A stretch of 60,000 bases of DNA from Callorhinchus milii (Eukaryota): positions 108,502,001 to 108,562,000 of the forward strand of contig NW_024704742.1 of the NCBI RefSeq assembly GCF_018977255.1, written 5' to 3'. A program made the translations under genes and the position numbers. A model generated the notes under the pieces. That model ran no database searches. It saw only the letters and a list, made by a program, of their open reading frames with translations, and was not told the origin of the DNA. Numbering within the stretch: position 1 is the stretch's first letter; the number at the start of each line of letters is the position of its first letter. Positions 1-13,000 of the stretch are shown piece after piece.

Positions 1-130
1 CACAGTACAACTTGAATACAACCTTATCTGAAGGAAAAACACAAAGATTCCTTCTGTTAAAGATTCACACCTGAAAACAGCCCATTGTAGCCCCTTTGAC
101 AGACATAATTGATTAATTTTGTGAATTGTG

Positions 131-490
131 AATCGCCTCTGAGTCAGAAATTGTGGGTTCAAGCCCCACAATGGGGCTTAGAATTCATATAATCTATGCT
201 GACCTTCCAATGCAGTGTTGGGAAGGTACTGCATTGTTCAAGATGTTTGCCTGTTCAGGTGGATGTTAAAGATTTCTTTAATATCAAAATGAAAAGGAAG
301 TTTCTCCATCAATAATCCCTCAAATAAAATTGGTCATTCACTTCATGCTTGTTTGCCAGACATTGCTGTGCACAAAATTGGCTGCTGCATTTGTCCAAAA
401 AATACACAGTCGCTACTCTCTACGGTATATACTGTAAAGCACTTTGCGATGTCCTCGCAATGTGAAAGGCAAATGTAAGGATATTATTAT
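131..490 (+). mobile_element. old SacSINE1/DeuSINE-like SINE, decayed (paralogue at ~28350-28745)
   Basis: gagtcagaaattgtgggttcaagcccc..gctgac..gcagtgttggg..caggtggatgttaaaga pattern recognised from memory, not by search. Confidence 0.55.
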
Positions 491-941
491 CCTTAAATTA
501 GTAAGTTATCATTTTATTATTACTTTTCTTGTGTTTGGCTTGGAATTCATTTGAACGGTTTGCTTTCAGCATGCTGGGCTGTATTTGGACAATTTGTCAC
601 TATGGTGAATTGTCCATTGAATGTAAACGACTCAGTCTGCTTAACAAGGATCTTTTTGCTTTTATTTATACCACAACTATTGTGCCTTACCAAAAAATAT
701 TTAAGGAGCTATTCTTTATCATGATTTTAAATAGCCAATCCTGCATCTCCCTATTCAAAAATACTTTACTTCTAAAATCGATTACCAGAACTCTCCTCAG
801 CCCCAACAGGTGTGACTGGCAGCAGGAAATCCAATTCCTGCCAGCAGCAATATCACAGCAATGTCCAGCACTACACAACCAGGTAGAAGATTACAACCTC
901 AGTCAACAAATGCAAGGTCGAGGTAAAGTGGAGATTGTTAC

Positions 942-1098
942 CTTCAGATTTGTTGCAACATCAGGGATATTCCTTTTCTCAACCAATTTGTAAAATACCT
1001 CCAGATAAGCCAGACCCTGTAACACTGGCATAGTTTTGTTCTCATGTCTCAGGTAACGGGTCAGGTCAAGAGCTCGATCAAGTGATAACTTTCCTGCA
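942..1098 (-). CDS. erap2: copy A exon 13
   Basis: [19 protein letters not shown]; 157 nt. Confidence 0.92.
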
Positions 1099-4000
1099 CT
1101 AAAGAAAGCAAAAATAACACACAAATCAAGCTTTTCCACCTTCCCCCAATTCACTTTTATTTTATTTCCCCCCTATCTTTGTACCATCTTATCCAATGAA
1201 CCAGTCGCTGTTTGAAAAAAGGGATAGGTGAGCGATACCCACCCAAAATGATACCAATACTAGTGAGCATCTCCACTGCTATGTGCAGATCTCCTAAGAT
1301 AACCTAGCAACTGTGAGCAGATGTGAAAACATGTCTCTTTGACCAATTATCTTTCCCCTCTCCCCACACCCTTTGGCTCCCACCTGCATCTTGGGTGCCC
1401 ATCCAGCACTGTTAAGGGTTTTGAGACATCCTCCTAACAAAAATGTAGACTATATAGTAATTGTAATGTACCATCCTGAGTTACAGAGGTATTTAAGGTG
1501 CTATTGGCTAGGATAAACATTTGAAAAGGAATAATATCAAACCTATAAGAAAACAGCAAAGAATTGGAATAAAGAATTAATAGCTCTCAGTAGAATTGGA
1601 TTAAAGAAACTCAATGATCTCCCAGGTAGTCACTTCTATGAATCTAACACTTTGATTGGGAATGTATATTCACAGAATAAGGTGATATTGACTATCAGGT
1701 CAATAATGCTATTTATCTTGGCAATTCACAATACCTGACGAGTTGGAAAGCATTATGAATGAGGTGTGTTCGGTCCTTCATGCTCAGGAGGGTGTGATCC
1801 TGATCCAGTAGATTAACCAGTGCATCCCATCCACTGTGCTCATAGTGTACAATGTAATAGCCATTCATGTCCACGTTAAACTTCACCCAGTCAGCTTCTT
1901 TGTCCAGTTTAATAGTATCTGATTAACACAAGATCAGTGGGTTTAGTGACGTTCACCAACAAATGAAAACCTAAGAGTTTGGCTTCATCGGTTAGATTGG
2001 ATTCTGCATTACACTCACACTGCACCTGAATTCTGTTGTAAACATTAACAACAACAATTTGCATTTATGTAGCACCCTTCATATCAGATAATGTCTCAGA
2101 ATGCTGTACAGTAGCCAGATGGACACCAAGCAAGGGAGAAAGAGGAGGGGTGAGGTGCTCAAGGACGCAGTTAAGAGGTAGGTTTTCAAGTGAGATTATA
2201 AAATAGGTAAAGAAGGTGGTGGAGCAGAGAGATTGAGACAGGGAGTTCCAGAGATTAGGAACGTTGTGGCTGAAGGCATGTACAGCCACTCATGGTGGCA
2301 TGGAGAGATCAGGAGACTTGCAGACATTGTGCTATGAAGGATATCAAATTGCTACAAAGGCATTTGAAATAAATAGAGGGAAGAAGACTGTGTTTTAAAT
2401 AATTTCACATTGACACACATTTCATTAAATCTTGTACACTATGTTTAGGTTTGTACTATTTTAGCCATGAAAGTGTATTTCATTTTTATGTCACAAGAGA
2501 TGCCAAATATTTAAAACTACCTTAATCCATTTTAATAATTATGGGTACAATTATCTACAGGGAAAAATATGCTATATGATGTGCTAATTATCACAAGGCC
2601 AGAAATGTAATAATTTTGTGCTCTTAGCGACTGGTTCAGACCTGAACATCCCCTTATTTCTGAAAGAAAAATGGATTCTCCGACCAAGTTTCTGGTTAGA
2701 ATTCAAAGTGCTGCCATTGTCTTAGATAGCAAGCATTGCTGAAACCTCTATTCTTGGCTGAATGTGGCCTTTTAACTTTTAATTACAACATAGTATATGG
2801 AGACTGACCCAGGGTTTGTCACCTCCCACGGGCTGTCAAGAAGCAAGCCCATGAACATTTACATGAGTCTAGGTAAGTCTGTGTTTGATGGATAGTGTTT
2901 TCAGCATTTTTCTTGAATATTTCTTGATTTCATCGAATCATAGAATTATACATCACAGAAGGAGGCCATTCGGCCCATCGTGCCTGTGCCCGCTCTTTGA
3001 AAGAGTTGTCCAAATTAATCCCACTTCCCCGCGCTCTCCCCATAGCCTTGCAAATTTGTCCTCCCTAAATATCTATCCACTTCTCTCTTGAAAGTTGTCA
3101 TTGAATCTGCTTCCACCACGCGTTCAGGCAATGCATTCCAGATCGAAACAACTCGCTATGTGAAAAAATTTGTCCTCATCTTCTCCCTGGTTCTTTTGAC
3201 AACTATCTTAAATCTGTGTCCTCTGGTTACCAACCCACCCGCCAGTGAAACCAGTTTCTCCCTGTTCACTCTGTCAAATCCCTTCATAATTTTGAACATC
3301 TCTATTAAATCTTCCCTTAAACTTCTCTGCTCCAAGGAGAACAATCCTTGCTTCTCTTGTCTTTCCACATAACTGAAGTCCCTCATTCCCTGATTTGGTT
3401 TTCAGCAGATATCTGCCTAATATTGATTTATTAATATTTATATTATGTTGTCCCAGCTGAATGAGCAAACAGATGACGGTGGACTAGAATGGTGAATCTT
3501 GGATGGGGACAAACAGACAGACGTCTTTGGTCTTTTTCCCTCTCTCATGGAAAAGCACTCCAAGGTTCTTTTGTCACATCAAGGCTCGATTACAGAAATT
3601 CCCTCCTCATCGGCCTTCCCAACTCTTCCCTTCACAAGCTGCAGATCATCCAAAACCATACAGCTCATGTACTCTAACGCACCAGGCTCCGTGACCCCAT
3701 CACTCCCACCCTCGCCCGACTCCACTGGTTCCCCATCCCCCAGAGGATCGAGTTCAAGATCCTTGTCCTCACCTTTAAGGCCATCCATGGCCTTGCCCCC
3801 TCCTACCTCTCTGACCTGCTGACTCCCTACCAACCTGCCCACTCCCTCCATTCAGCGGGCTCTGGCCTGCTCCATGTCTCCCACCCGACCATGCCCTTGC
3901 CCCCTCCTACCTCTCTGTCCCCACACTCTGTAACTTTATTCCATGGTCCCTTCACCTCGCTTCCTCCCTTGCATCCTTCAAGGCCGGTCTCAAGACCCTT

Positions 4001-7000
4001 CTCTTCGATCGTGCCTTTGGTCGCCCTCCCACCTCTCTGCCTTCCCTCACCCCTACACCACCCCTCCCCCACGCTCGGGCCCCGACACCTGACTGTTCAG
4101 CTTGGGACGTCCTCCCGAAGTGAAAGGCGCTTTATAAATGTAATTTTGTTGTTGTTCTCTGATAACACAGCCAAACCAAGATACCGTGCTGGCAATGGCA
4201 GGACTTGACACATTGAATCACTTCTTTTGTTCTTCTTATCACTTCTTAATCACAGTCTTAACAATCATCTCTGCATCACACCTGGTGCTGCCATGTGTAT
4301 ACTCATCAATGTAATGTGTATGAGATCTCTCACCTGATTTGGTTTTCAGCAGATATCTGCCAATTCTGTCCGAGTTACTCGTGATGTAAGTTAGCGGGAT
4401 GTGCCACAGATAGCTGCAAAAGATTCAGTTAAAAATATGAATGTGGCAAAAGATTGTAGTAACAATATTTTTGATACTCCAGGTGCAGCAGATGGTGTTA
4501 TAATTATATATAAGCAAAACTCCACCAAAACCAACAAAGGAAAATAATCACAAGTGAGGAATAACTACCCAGACTGCAGTGATTCCCACACAGGGTCCTC
4601 TGGAAGGACACTCTTCAGGAAACGCTCCTGTCGTAGCCGGATTAAACTCCCGCTGTGTTCAACAATGATCACTGGCAGCCCTTTCTGAAGTGTCCAAGTA
4701 TTCATAACCTCCTTGATGTCCAGATGTTCCTCTGTATAAAGATACTGAGGAAAAGAAAGGCACAGTTTGCAGTTTTAATACTAAGCGCTTTCATACAAAT
4801 GTATTTTATTCTTTTGAAATCTGTGTTTAAAGGAAGTAAGTCATTCTGTGAATGATCCACCCAGAGTGGAGATCACAAGGGAGCTTCAGATGTAAAAGCT
4901 TTTTGGCCCTTTTGATCTCATTCCACAAAACTGCAGTCCTTCCATTCCAACTTCTTCTGTTTCTTAATTGATGACAATAAGTGTTCACTTCCCCATTTGA
5001 TGGATTATGAGCTCTCCTCTGCTCAGCCACCCAGTGCTGTGTGTTCGATGAGGTTCAGCTGTTGACAGGCAACTTCCTTGTCTTGCTACAAGCATGCCTT
5101 TGTTTGTTAATAATAATAATCCTTGCATTTGATATAGTGCTTTTCAAGTCTTCTCGACGTCTCGAAGGACTTCACAGAATAGACTGTAAAGTGAATCGAG
5201 TGTATATTTGTGGGCGAAACGCGGCAGCCAATTGCGCACAGCAGTGTCCCATAAACAGTCGTGGATTGAAGTGACCAATTTATTATTGGTTTTTTTCTTG
5301 AGTGATTATTATCAGGCATGTGGAGTAAGGAAACTTGCCCAACGTGTCACCCTACTGGGAATCGAATCCAGGTCTCGCGCTTGTGAGGCCAGTGCTTTAA
5401 CCACTGAGCTACAGGACTCCATGTTAATTACATGATTGCCATGCAGAAGGCTACAATAGGGCTTGACCTAACTTTCTGGATGTTGAAAGTCCAATGGAGT
5501 CAGCTATCTTTGATATTCTGGGTAATGACATCTCTCAGAATTTAAGAGGGAGGGAGATGAATATTTGATAGTCAGGTGTATAAAGGGATAACATGAACAA
5601 GCAGTAAAATGTTGCAGATCAACCATGGTCTACTACTATTCCTACGTTCTTAGAATCGGTAAAGTAGTGGCTAATGCAACCTTTTGAATCCATAGTATGT
5701 GTTAATGAATAAAAGAATGAACCAAAACTTACAGCGTTTTTAGCCGCTTGTGAAGTGCTGTAGCAGAATCCACCTGAAGTGAAGTTTCCTTCTGTGCACG
5801 TCTGTTGGGAAGTAACAATTTAATGGTTTAACACATGCTGAAACCATAGATAATCTCAGTACGTCTTTCTGTTTCCAAACCAAAAGAACTGAGTGACGAC
5901 AGCAAAGTTCCACCTTAATATGAGGCTCTGGGACAACGGAAATGTCAGGTCAAGATGTCTTGACAATTGGTCAAGAACAAGTAATGTAGGATGTATGGGT
6001 TGATAAATATTCAATAGCATTCCTCAAGTTTCGCTTTGGGGATTCAGAGAGAAACTCTGCTGAGTACATTATAGGATTTGGATAAAGTCTGTGGTAGAAT
6101 GCATTCTGTTTGGCCTTTGAGAGAAGTAGCTTTGGTTGTCTGAATAGATTTTATTTGTCCATCGCTGTCAATGTCACTTCTTGCTTGGCTTTCGCCAACT
6201 CTTGGCTCTTGGCAATTTGTATCAAATGTTCCCAGGTGCAGTCCTCCAGGGAGAGAGTGCATATTCCATTCCACACACAGGGAAAAGGATAAGTGTGTAA
6301 ATGACATAGATACAGTATGTGGAACTCGAAATCTGGTTTGGATACTCCTTAACATGTTGATGGACTTTCCCATGTGTCAGACACCTGGCTGACCAAAACA
6401 AATGGCATCAACATACAATAATGTGAACTGATTGAATATTTTACATTTACTTCTTCACTCTATGGTGCTTTTCAAATGCAAAATCATATTTTTTTACAGA
6501 AATGTAAAGCCTTACATTGGCCATGCTGTTCCACAGGTCCTCGTTCTTGGCATTCCCATAGCTGTATTTCCGTAGGTAAGAAACTAAGCCACTCTGGAAA
6601 ACCTCCTCTGTTAGAAAATTCCTCAACATGTGCAGAATGCAAGCACCCTACATTCAACAGTAGCAAAAGGTCAGTTACACCATGCATAATCTGGAATTAA
6701 TGAATTGTCCCCATTACTAAATAAAAAAAACAGACAGCAAAAATGAGTGACAGACGAAACATCAATGCTTATTCAGACTCTCTTTGAAAGGCCAAACATT
6801 GAGGTACAGTATTTTTACTGGAGCCATAGGTAAATATTGGGCACATACTACCAACTAGAGCAACAGGGTTAGAAGTTAAGCATGACCTATCCTCACATGA
6901 GCATTTGGGATGTCCTCCTGATGTGAATACTGCAAACATAAATGTAAATTTGTATTACATTGTATAAACACAAAACTATAATAGGGGAGACTGACACATT

Positions 7001-10000
7001 ATTAGCCTGTTAGAGAACATATGAATTCTCTAATTACTTTAAACAGAGAGTAATTAAAGACTGGAATGAGTTACCAGGAAGGGTGGTTGAGGCCAGGACA
7101 CTAGACCTGTTTTAGAAACAGTTTAATGCTGTTATAGAAAGTTGGTAGGATAGGTATTCTAGAAGGGTGCGATCCAATGGGCCAAACGCCATTCAAACTT
7201 CTGTTGCAATTACATTAGCCCAGGACTAGCTTTATAGTCTAGTTTTTGTTAAATTCCCACTTACTTTCTCATAAGATACCGAGTCAAACATTTCCTGGAT
7301 CTGAGTTGGACTTTCTGCTGCTGTGGATATAGCACGTGATGAATTCATGGAGTCGCTTCCCATTGCTCCAAAACATGTGTTCAGAAGATAGTCATCCTGG
7401 GCAGATCAAACGTGAAAGAATGCGTTAAATTGAATCAAAGATCCTGTAGTTATTGAGTTACTGGTATTGAGAAGAATTTACTCACAACTTGTAGCTCTGG
7501 ATAGGTGGCACCAACAGAGACAAACTCCATATACCGGGCAAAGCCTTCGTTAAGCCAGAGGTCATTCCACCACTCCATTGTCACCAGGTTACCAAACCAC
7601 TGGAGGAAACAAACATTCATTAATACTCTCAAAGGTTTGCTTTCAATTAGCAAGGATTGCGAAGGGCCCTGCGAGCAGCAATTTAGCACTTCCTTACCAG
7701 ATGAATTAAAATTTAAGATTTACAATCAAAAGGATAAATTCCATCCCAGAGATTCCTTCCTCTCACCCTCATCTCATTGAAGGTCTAGCTCAAGATATAC
7801 CTCTTTGATCACACTTTTGGTCATCTTTCCCCTCCTCACCCTCCTTGGGTCCCACCCCCAGCTTGACTGCCCAGCCAGGAGTGTTCAGTGCTCTCAGACA
7901 TCCTCCCAATATGAAAGGCACTGAATAAACGGCACTTGTAAGTAAAACAAACATGGATCCCATTTGAAATGTGACAAGCCTGTGGGACACACCATTGCCC
8001 AGAAGCTGGGTGGGGAGGGAATGTTCGGTCACAAACCTATCATTAACAACAACAACAAGATTACATTTGTATAGAGTCTTTCACGTCGGGAGGACATCCC
8101 AAGGCGTTGGACAGAGTACAGCATTTCAGACCCGAGCTGGGGTCGGGGGGGGGGAGAAGGGAGGGGAGGGGAATGGCCGATGGCATGGTCAAAGAGGAGG
8201 GTCTTGAGGCGGGACTTGAAGGAGGCTAAGGAGGGGACGAGGCGGAGTGACTGGGGGATGGAATTCCAGAGGCTGGGGGCAGAGTGGCTGAAGGTTCTTC
8301 CGCCAATGGTGGGGCGGGTGGGTTGAGGGACGTGGAGCAGGCCAGAGCCGGCTGAGCAGAGGGAACGGGCAGGTTGATAGGGGTTAGGCGGTCACAGATG
8401 TAGGGTGGGGCGAGGCCATGGAGGGCTTTGTATGTGAGGACCAGGATCTTGAACTGGATCCTCTGAAGGATAGGGAGCCAATTGAGTCGTACGAGAGTGG
8501 GGGAGATGGGGTCACGGAGTTTGGTTTGGGAGAGGACACGGGCTGCAGAGTTCTGGATTATCTGCAGCCTGTGGAGGGAGGAGTTGGGAAGGCTGACAAG
8601 CAGGGCATTTGCATAGTCGAGCCTGGAGGTGATGAAGGCATGAGCAAGAGTTTCAGTGGCCTGAGGGGTGAGGTAGTGGCGGAGTCGGGCGATATTACGG
8701 AGGTGAGGGAAGGCAGAGCTGGTCATGGCTTGAATGTGGGGGAGAAAAGACAGTTGAGGGTTGAACAAGACACCGAGGTTCCTGACTGGCTGGTGAGTTG
8801 TAGTGTGCAACCGTGGAGGTTGATGCTGCCAGAGCCTGAGGTGCTGAGGCGCTGGTGGGAGCCAATCAGGAGGGCCTCAGTCTTGTTCACATTCAACTGT
8901 AGGAAATTTGCCCTCAACCAGGACTTGATGTCCGACAGGACAGCAGTGGTCCTGGAGTTGGGTGTCATCCGCATACATGTGGAAGTTGATCCCATGTCTG
9001 TGGATGATGTCACCAAGGGGGAGCAAATAGATATTAAAGAGGAGAGGGCCAAGGACAGCCCTGGGGGATATCAGACGTGACAGTGCGGGGGCTGGAGGAG
9101 AAACCGTTAGAGGCAACAAAGTGGAGACGGTGAGAGAGATAGGATTCGATCTAGGCAAGGGCAGCTCTGTGAAGATTGAGTAAAGCAGAGAGGCGGTGTA
9201 TGAGGATGGAGTGGTCAACGATGTCAAAGGTGGCAGAGAGGTCGAGGAGGACAAGGAGGCAGAGGGAGCCCTGATCACAGATGTTCAGAATGTCATCAGT
9301 GACTTTGACCAGGGCTGTTTCCGATCTGTGGGCAGCCAGAAGCCGGATTGGAGGGGTTCAAAGAAGGAATGGCGAGAAAGAAAGAAGCTGAGCTGGGACA
9401 CGACGACTTGTGCCAGGACCTTGGAGAGGAATGGGAGGTTAGAGATGGGGCGGTAGCTGGAGAGGAGGGATGGGTCCAGGGAAGGTTTTTTCAAGATGGG
9501 GGTGATGACAGCTGTTTTTAGGGGGGTGGGAACTGAACCGGTGGACAAGGAGAGGGGCCAGAAGGTGGAGCTGGGAGATGAGGAGAGAGGTGGGGATGGG
9601 TTCGAGGGAGCAGGTGGTGGGTTTGAGTTTGCGGACAGCCGTGGTGAGAGAGGAGGGAGTGATAGGGTCGAAGGAGTATGGGTGGGGGTGGGTCATAAGG
9701 GAGAGGTGATGTGGGGATGGCTGTGGACGGGGCTGAGGTGGCTGAACGTATTCCCTTGATTTTAGATTCGAGGAAGTCCAGCATCTCCTTAAAGTTGGAG
9801 TTTGAGGAGAGGATGGGTGAGGTATGGGAAGGTGGACGGAGGAGACGGTTAGTGGTGGAAAAGAGAAGCCAGGGATTGTCCTTTGTCTCCAAGATAACCA
9901 AGAAGTAGTAGGAGGATTTGACGGAGGCAAGAGCACAGCTGTAGGTCTTGGTGTGGTGAAGCCAAATGTGCCAATGGACCATGAGTTTGGATTTGGTCCA

Positions 10001-13000
10001 GGCACGTTCGGCAGCTCGCACTTGTGCCTTGAGGGAACAGAGATGGCTGGTGTACCAGGGGGATTAAAGACAGGTTTTTAAGGACAGACACATTCTGTAC
10101 GATGTGTTAACCATCCTGGCATTAACTAAGCAACAGACTGTGTTTAGGAATACTGCAATTTTCACATCTTTGTGTTCAGTACAGCTCTTACATCTTTATT
10201 ATGGTCACATTACAGACCATACGAGCACACACCTCACCATAATAGGTCGAAGTTGTATATCTATCGCTATATCCATTTATAATATATTATATATATTTTA
10301 GGGTTACAAAGGCCGTAAGTACAAGGATTCAGATTATTTATTGTTTTTTTATTCAGATACACACCTCAACAAGCTTAACATAGAGCATTCTTAGCTCCAA
10401 CAGATTTTAAGCCTTCAATAGGGCTAGTGCACATTCCTTCATATTCATTACACCCATCTTCTCACCACATTTATCAATTCCTTCTCTCCAGAAGCACATT
10501 TACTTGCCTGTAGAACAAGTACAACTCTTTGTTTCAATGGGCTTACTTTGTAACTTGTTCTATAAATTTATATCCCTCGATGTACAAAATAGTTCCTGAA
10601 TTCTCCATTTATTCCTGGTGAATTTAGAATACAGCATTCCAAAATGGTAAACTGTATGAAAGTTGTTGCATAAACGCAAGTTGTTGTTGTCATGATAGAA
10701 AGCCAACTTTCAATGTAAGAGATGGAAATACCTGATGAGCCAGTTCATGCCCAATCACCATAGTAATCCATAGTTTATTCGATGCTGAGGAGGTCACTGA
10801 ATCGTAGAGTAGAGATGTCTCCCTATAAGTGATCAAACCCCAGTTCTCCATGGCTCCTGACTCAAAATCGGGAATCGCTACGAGATCTAAAAGCACAATA
10901 TTTCTTCTGTTGTTATATCAACAGCAAGGTCGATTTTCACAATATCAACAATAATAACAACAGATTACATTTCTATAGCACCTTTCAGTCAGGAGGATGT
11001 CCGAAGGTACTGGACAGTCAGGGAACCCCACTCGAGCTGGTGGTTTGGATCAGGAGGGCGGGGAGGGGAGGGGTAGGAGGGTGACCAAAAGCACGTTCGA
11101 AGAGGAGGGTCTTGAGACGGCTCTTGAATGAGGCAAGGGATGGGGCAAGGCAGAGTGACTGTAGAATGGAGGGCTTGTGGGATAGAGTTCCAGATAATGG
11201 GGGCAGAAAGGCTGAGGCCCGCCCGCTAATGGTGGAGTGGGCAAGGCGGGGTACGTGAAGCAGGCCGGAGCCTGCTGAGCAGAGGGAGCGAACAGGTTGG
11301 TAGGGGTATATCATTGATATACAGTATATGTAATAAGATGAAATTAAATTGTTGCCTTTTTTAAAGAACATTATGACTGTTTGATATCCCTTTCCCAGTA
11401 GCTGTTGATATTGCCATACCTTGCTTTGGGAGTGGGAAGTAGATATTGAAATAATGTTCATAAAACTCCAGTAGTTTCACTGCTGCTTCCAAAGCATAGT
11501 GAGTTTGGCTCCACTTGTCTGGAACAGCGTATATGGACACCTATTGAATGGGGTATAGATGTGTCAAAGTCCTTCAAGTCAATGAGCAGGAAAATGTACA
11601 TTATATTCCAGAATAGGCAATTGCTTAGAAATAAATATAATAATCTTTGCATTTTGATATAGCGCTTTTCATGTCTTCTAGATGTCTCAAAGCGCTTCAC
11701 GGAATATACTGTAAAGTGAATTGACTGTATATATTTGTGAGTGAAACGTGGTAGCCAATTGCACACAGCAGGTTTTGGTGCTCTGCGCAATTTATTATGT
11801 TCAATGGATACTTGTTCATGACGGTAAACTAGTACCAGGGAATCTTAAAAGCAAATGCAACAGAGTCTGCACAGTACTATCACTTAACTTTGGAAGTTCT
11901 AAATTTAAATTAAACTTTGAAAAATGCCATACACGTAGTTCTGTGTTTTTTACTACAAAACTACAACATAGTTTTGGTCAAAGGACATTTTCCTCCGAGC
12001 TCCAGATGCCATTTCTCCAGGCCCAGATTTAATCAGATCCAAAATGTTTAAGGCAGACTTCCCCATACACACAAAAAAACAAATAACTCTTAAAACAATC
12101 AGCTTCAAAATTAAAGACTGGGTTTAAGAATCTTCCCACATTCTGGACACTCTGAATTAATCCAGTAATAGATAACATATTATATTACAATAGATGTCAT
12201 GGGATTTTTAACTACATAGATTGTTATAGACTGTAAGCACGGAAACAGGCACTTTGTCGAATCAATATTATATATAATCTATAATATTTTTCACCCACTA
12301 AATATACAGTCAATTGACTTCACAGTATATTCTGCGATGCGCTTTGACGTGATAGGGTGCTGCTACAAATGCAAGATTATTATTATTATATATATGCACA
12401 CACAAACTCATGATAACCTTCCTTTACATCTATGCCTCTGGTCACCTCCACCCAGCTCGGAGTCGTGCTCCGCCACTGTCAAGCACTCTGGGACTCTACG
12501 CTGCATGAGAGGTGCTATATAAAGTTATTGTTGTAGTAATCTATACCCAGGTAGAATTGTAGCTCACGTAGGTATTGAATATGAGGTACCTGGTGTTCAG
12601 GATACTGCCCAACCCCTCACAAGGAGGAAACATTATTTTGCGTCATATTTTCAATTCTTTAAACCTGTGGAAAGATGCTTTAAATCATATATCACTGAAA
12701 TATATGTCCTTCGGTTGAGATATTAACACCAAGTCTGCCTGCTCTAGTGAATCCAATAGATATACACACGAAGGAGAAGGGACTAGAAGGGATGAGTTGG
12801 AGTACGGGTGGGTGAAGACTCGGGTGGAGTATAAACATCAGTTGGACTGATTGTGCCAAGTGACCAGGTTCTGTACTGTACAATCAGTGACAATTTATGC
12901 AGTTTAAGATCGCATGACATTCGTTCAGAGAGCAGAAAGTTACTGTATTCTGGTCCCCTGGCTAATATTATTTGTTGATACTTGTTCTTTATGACATGTT

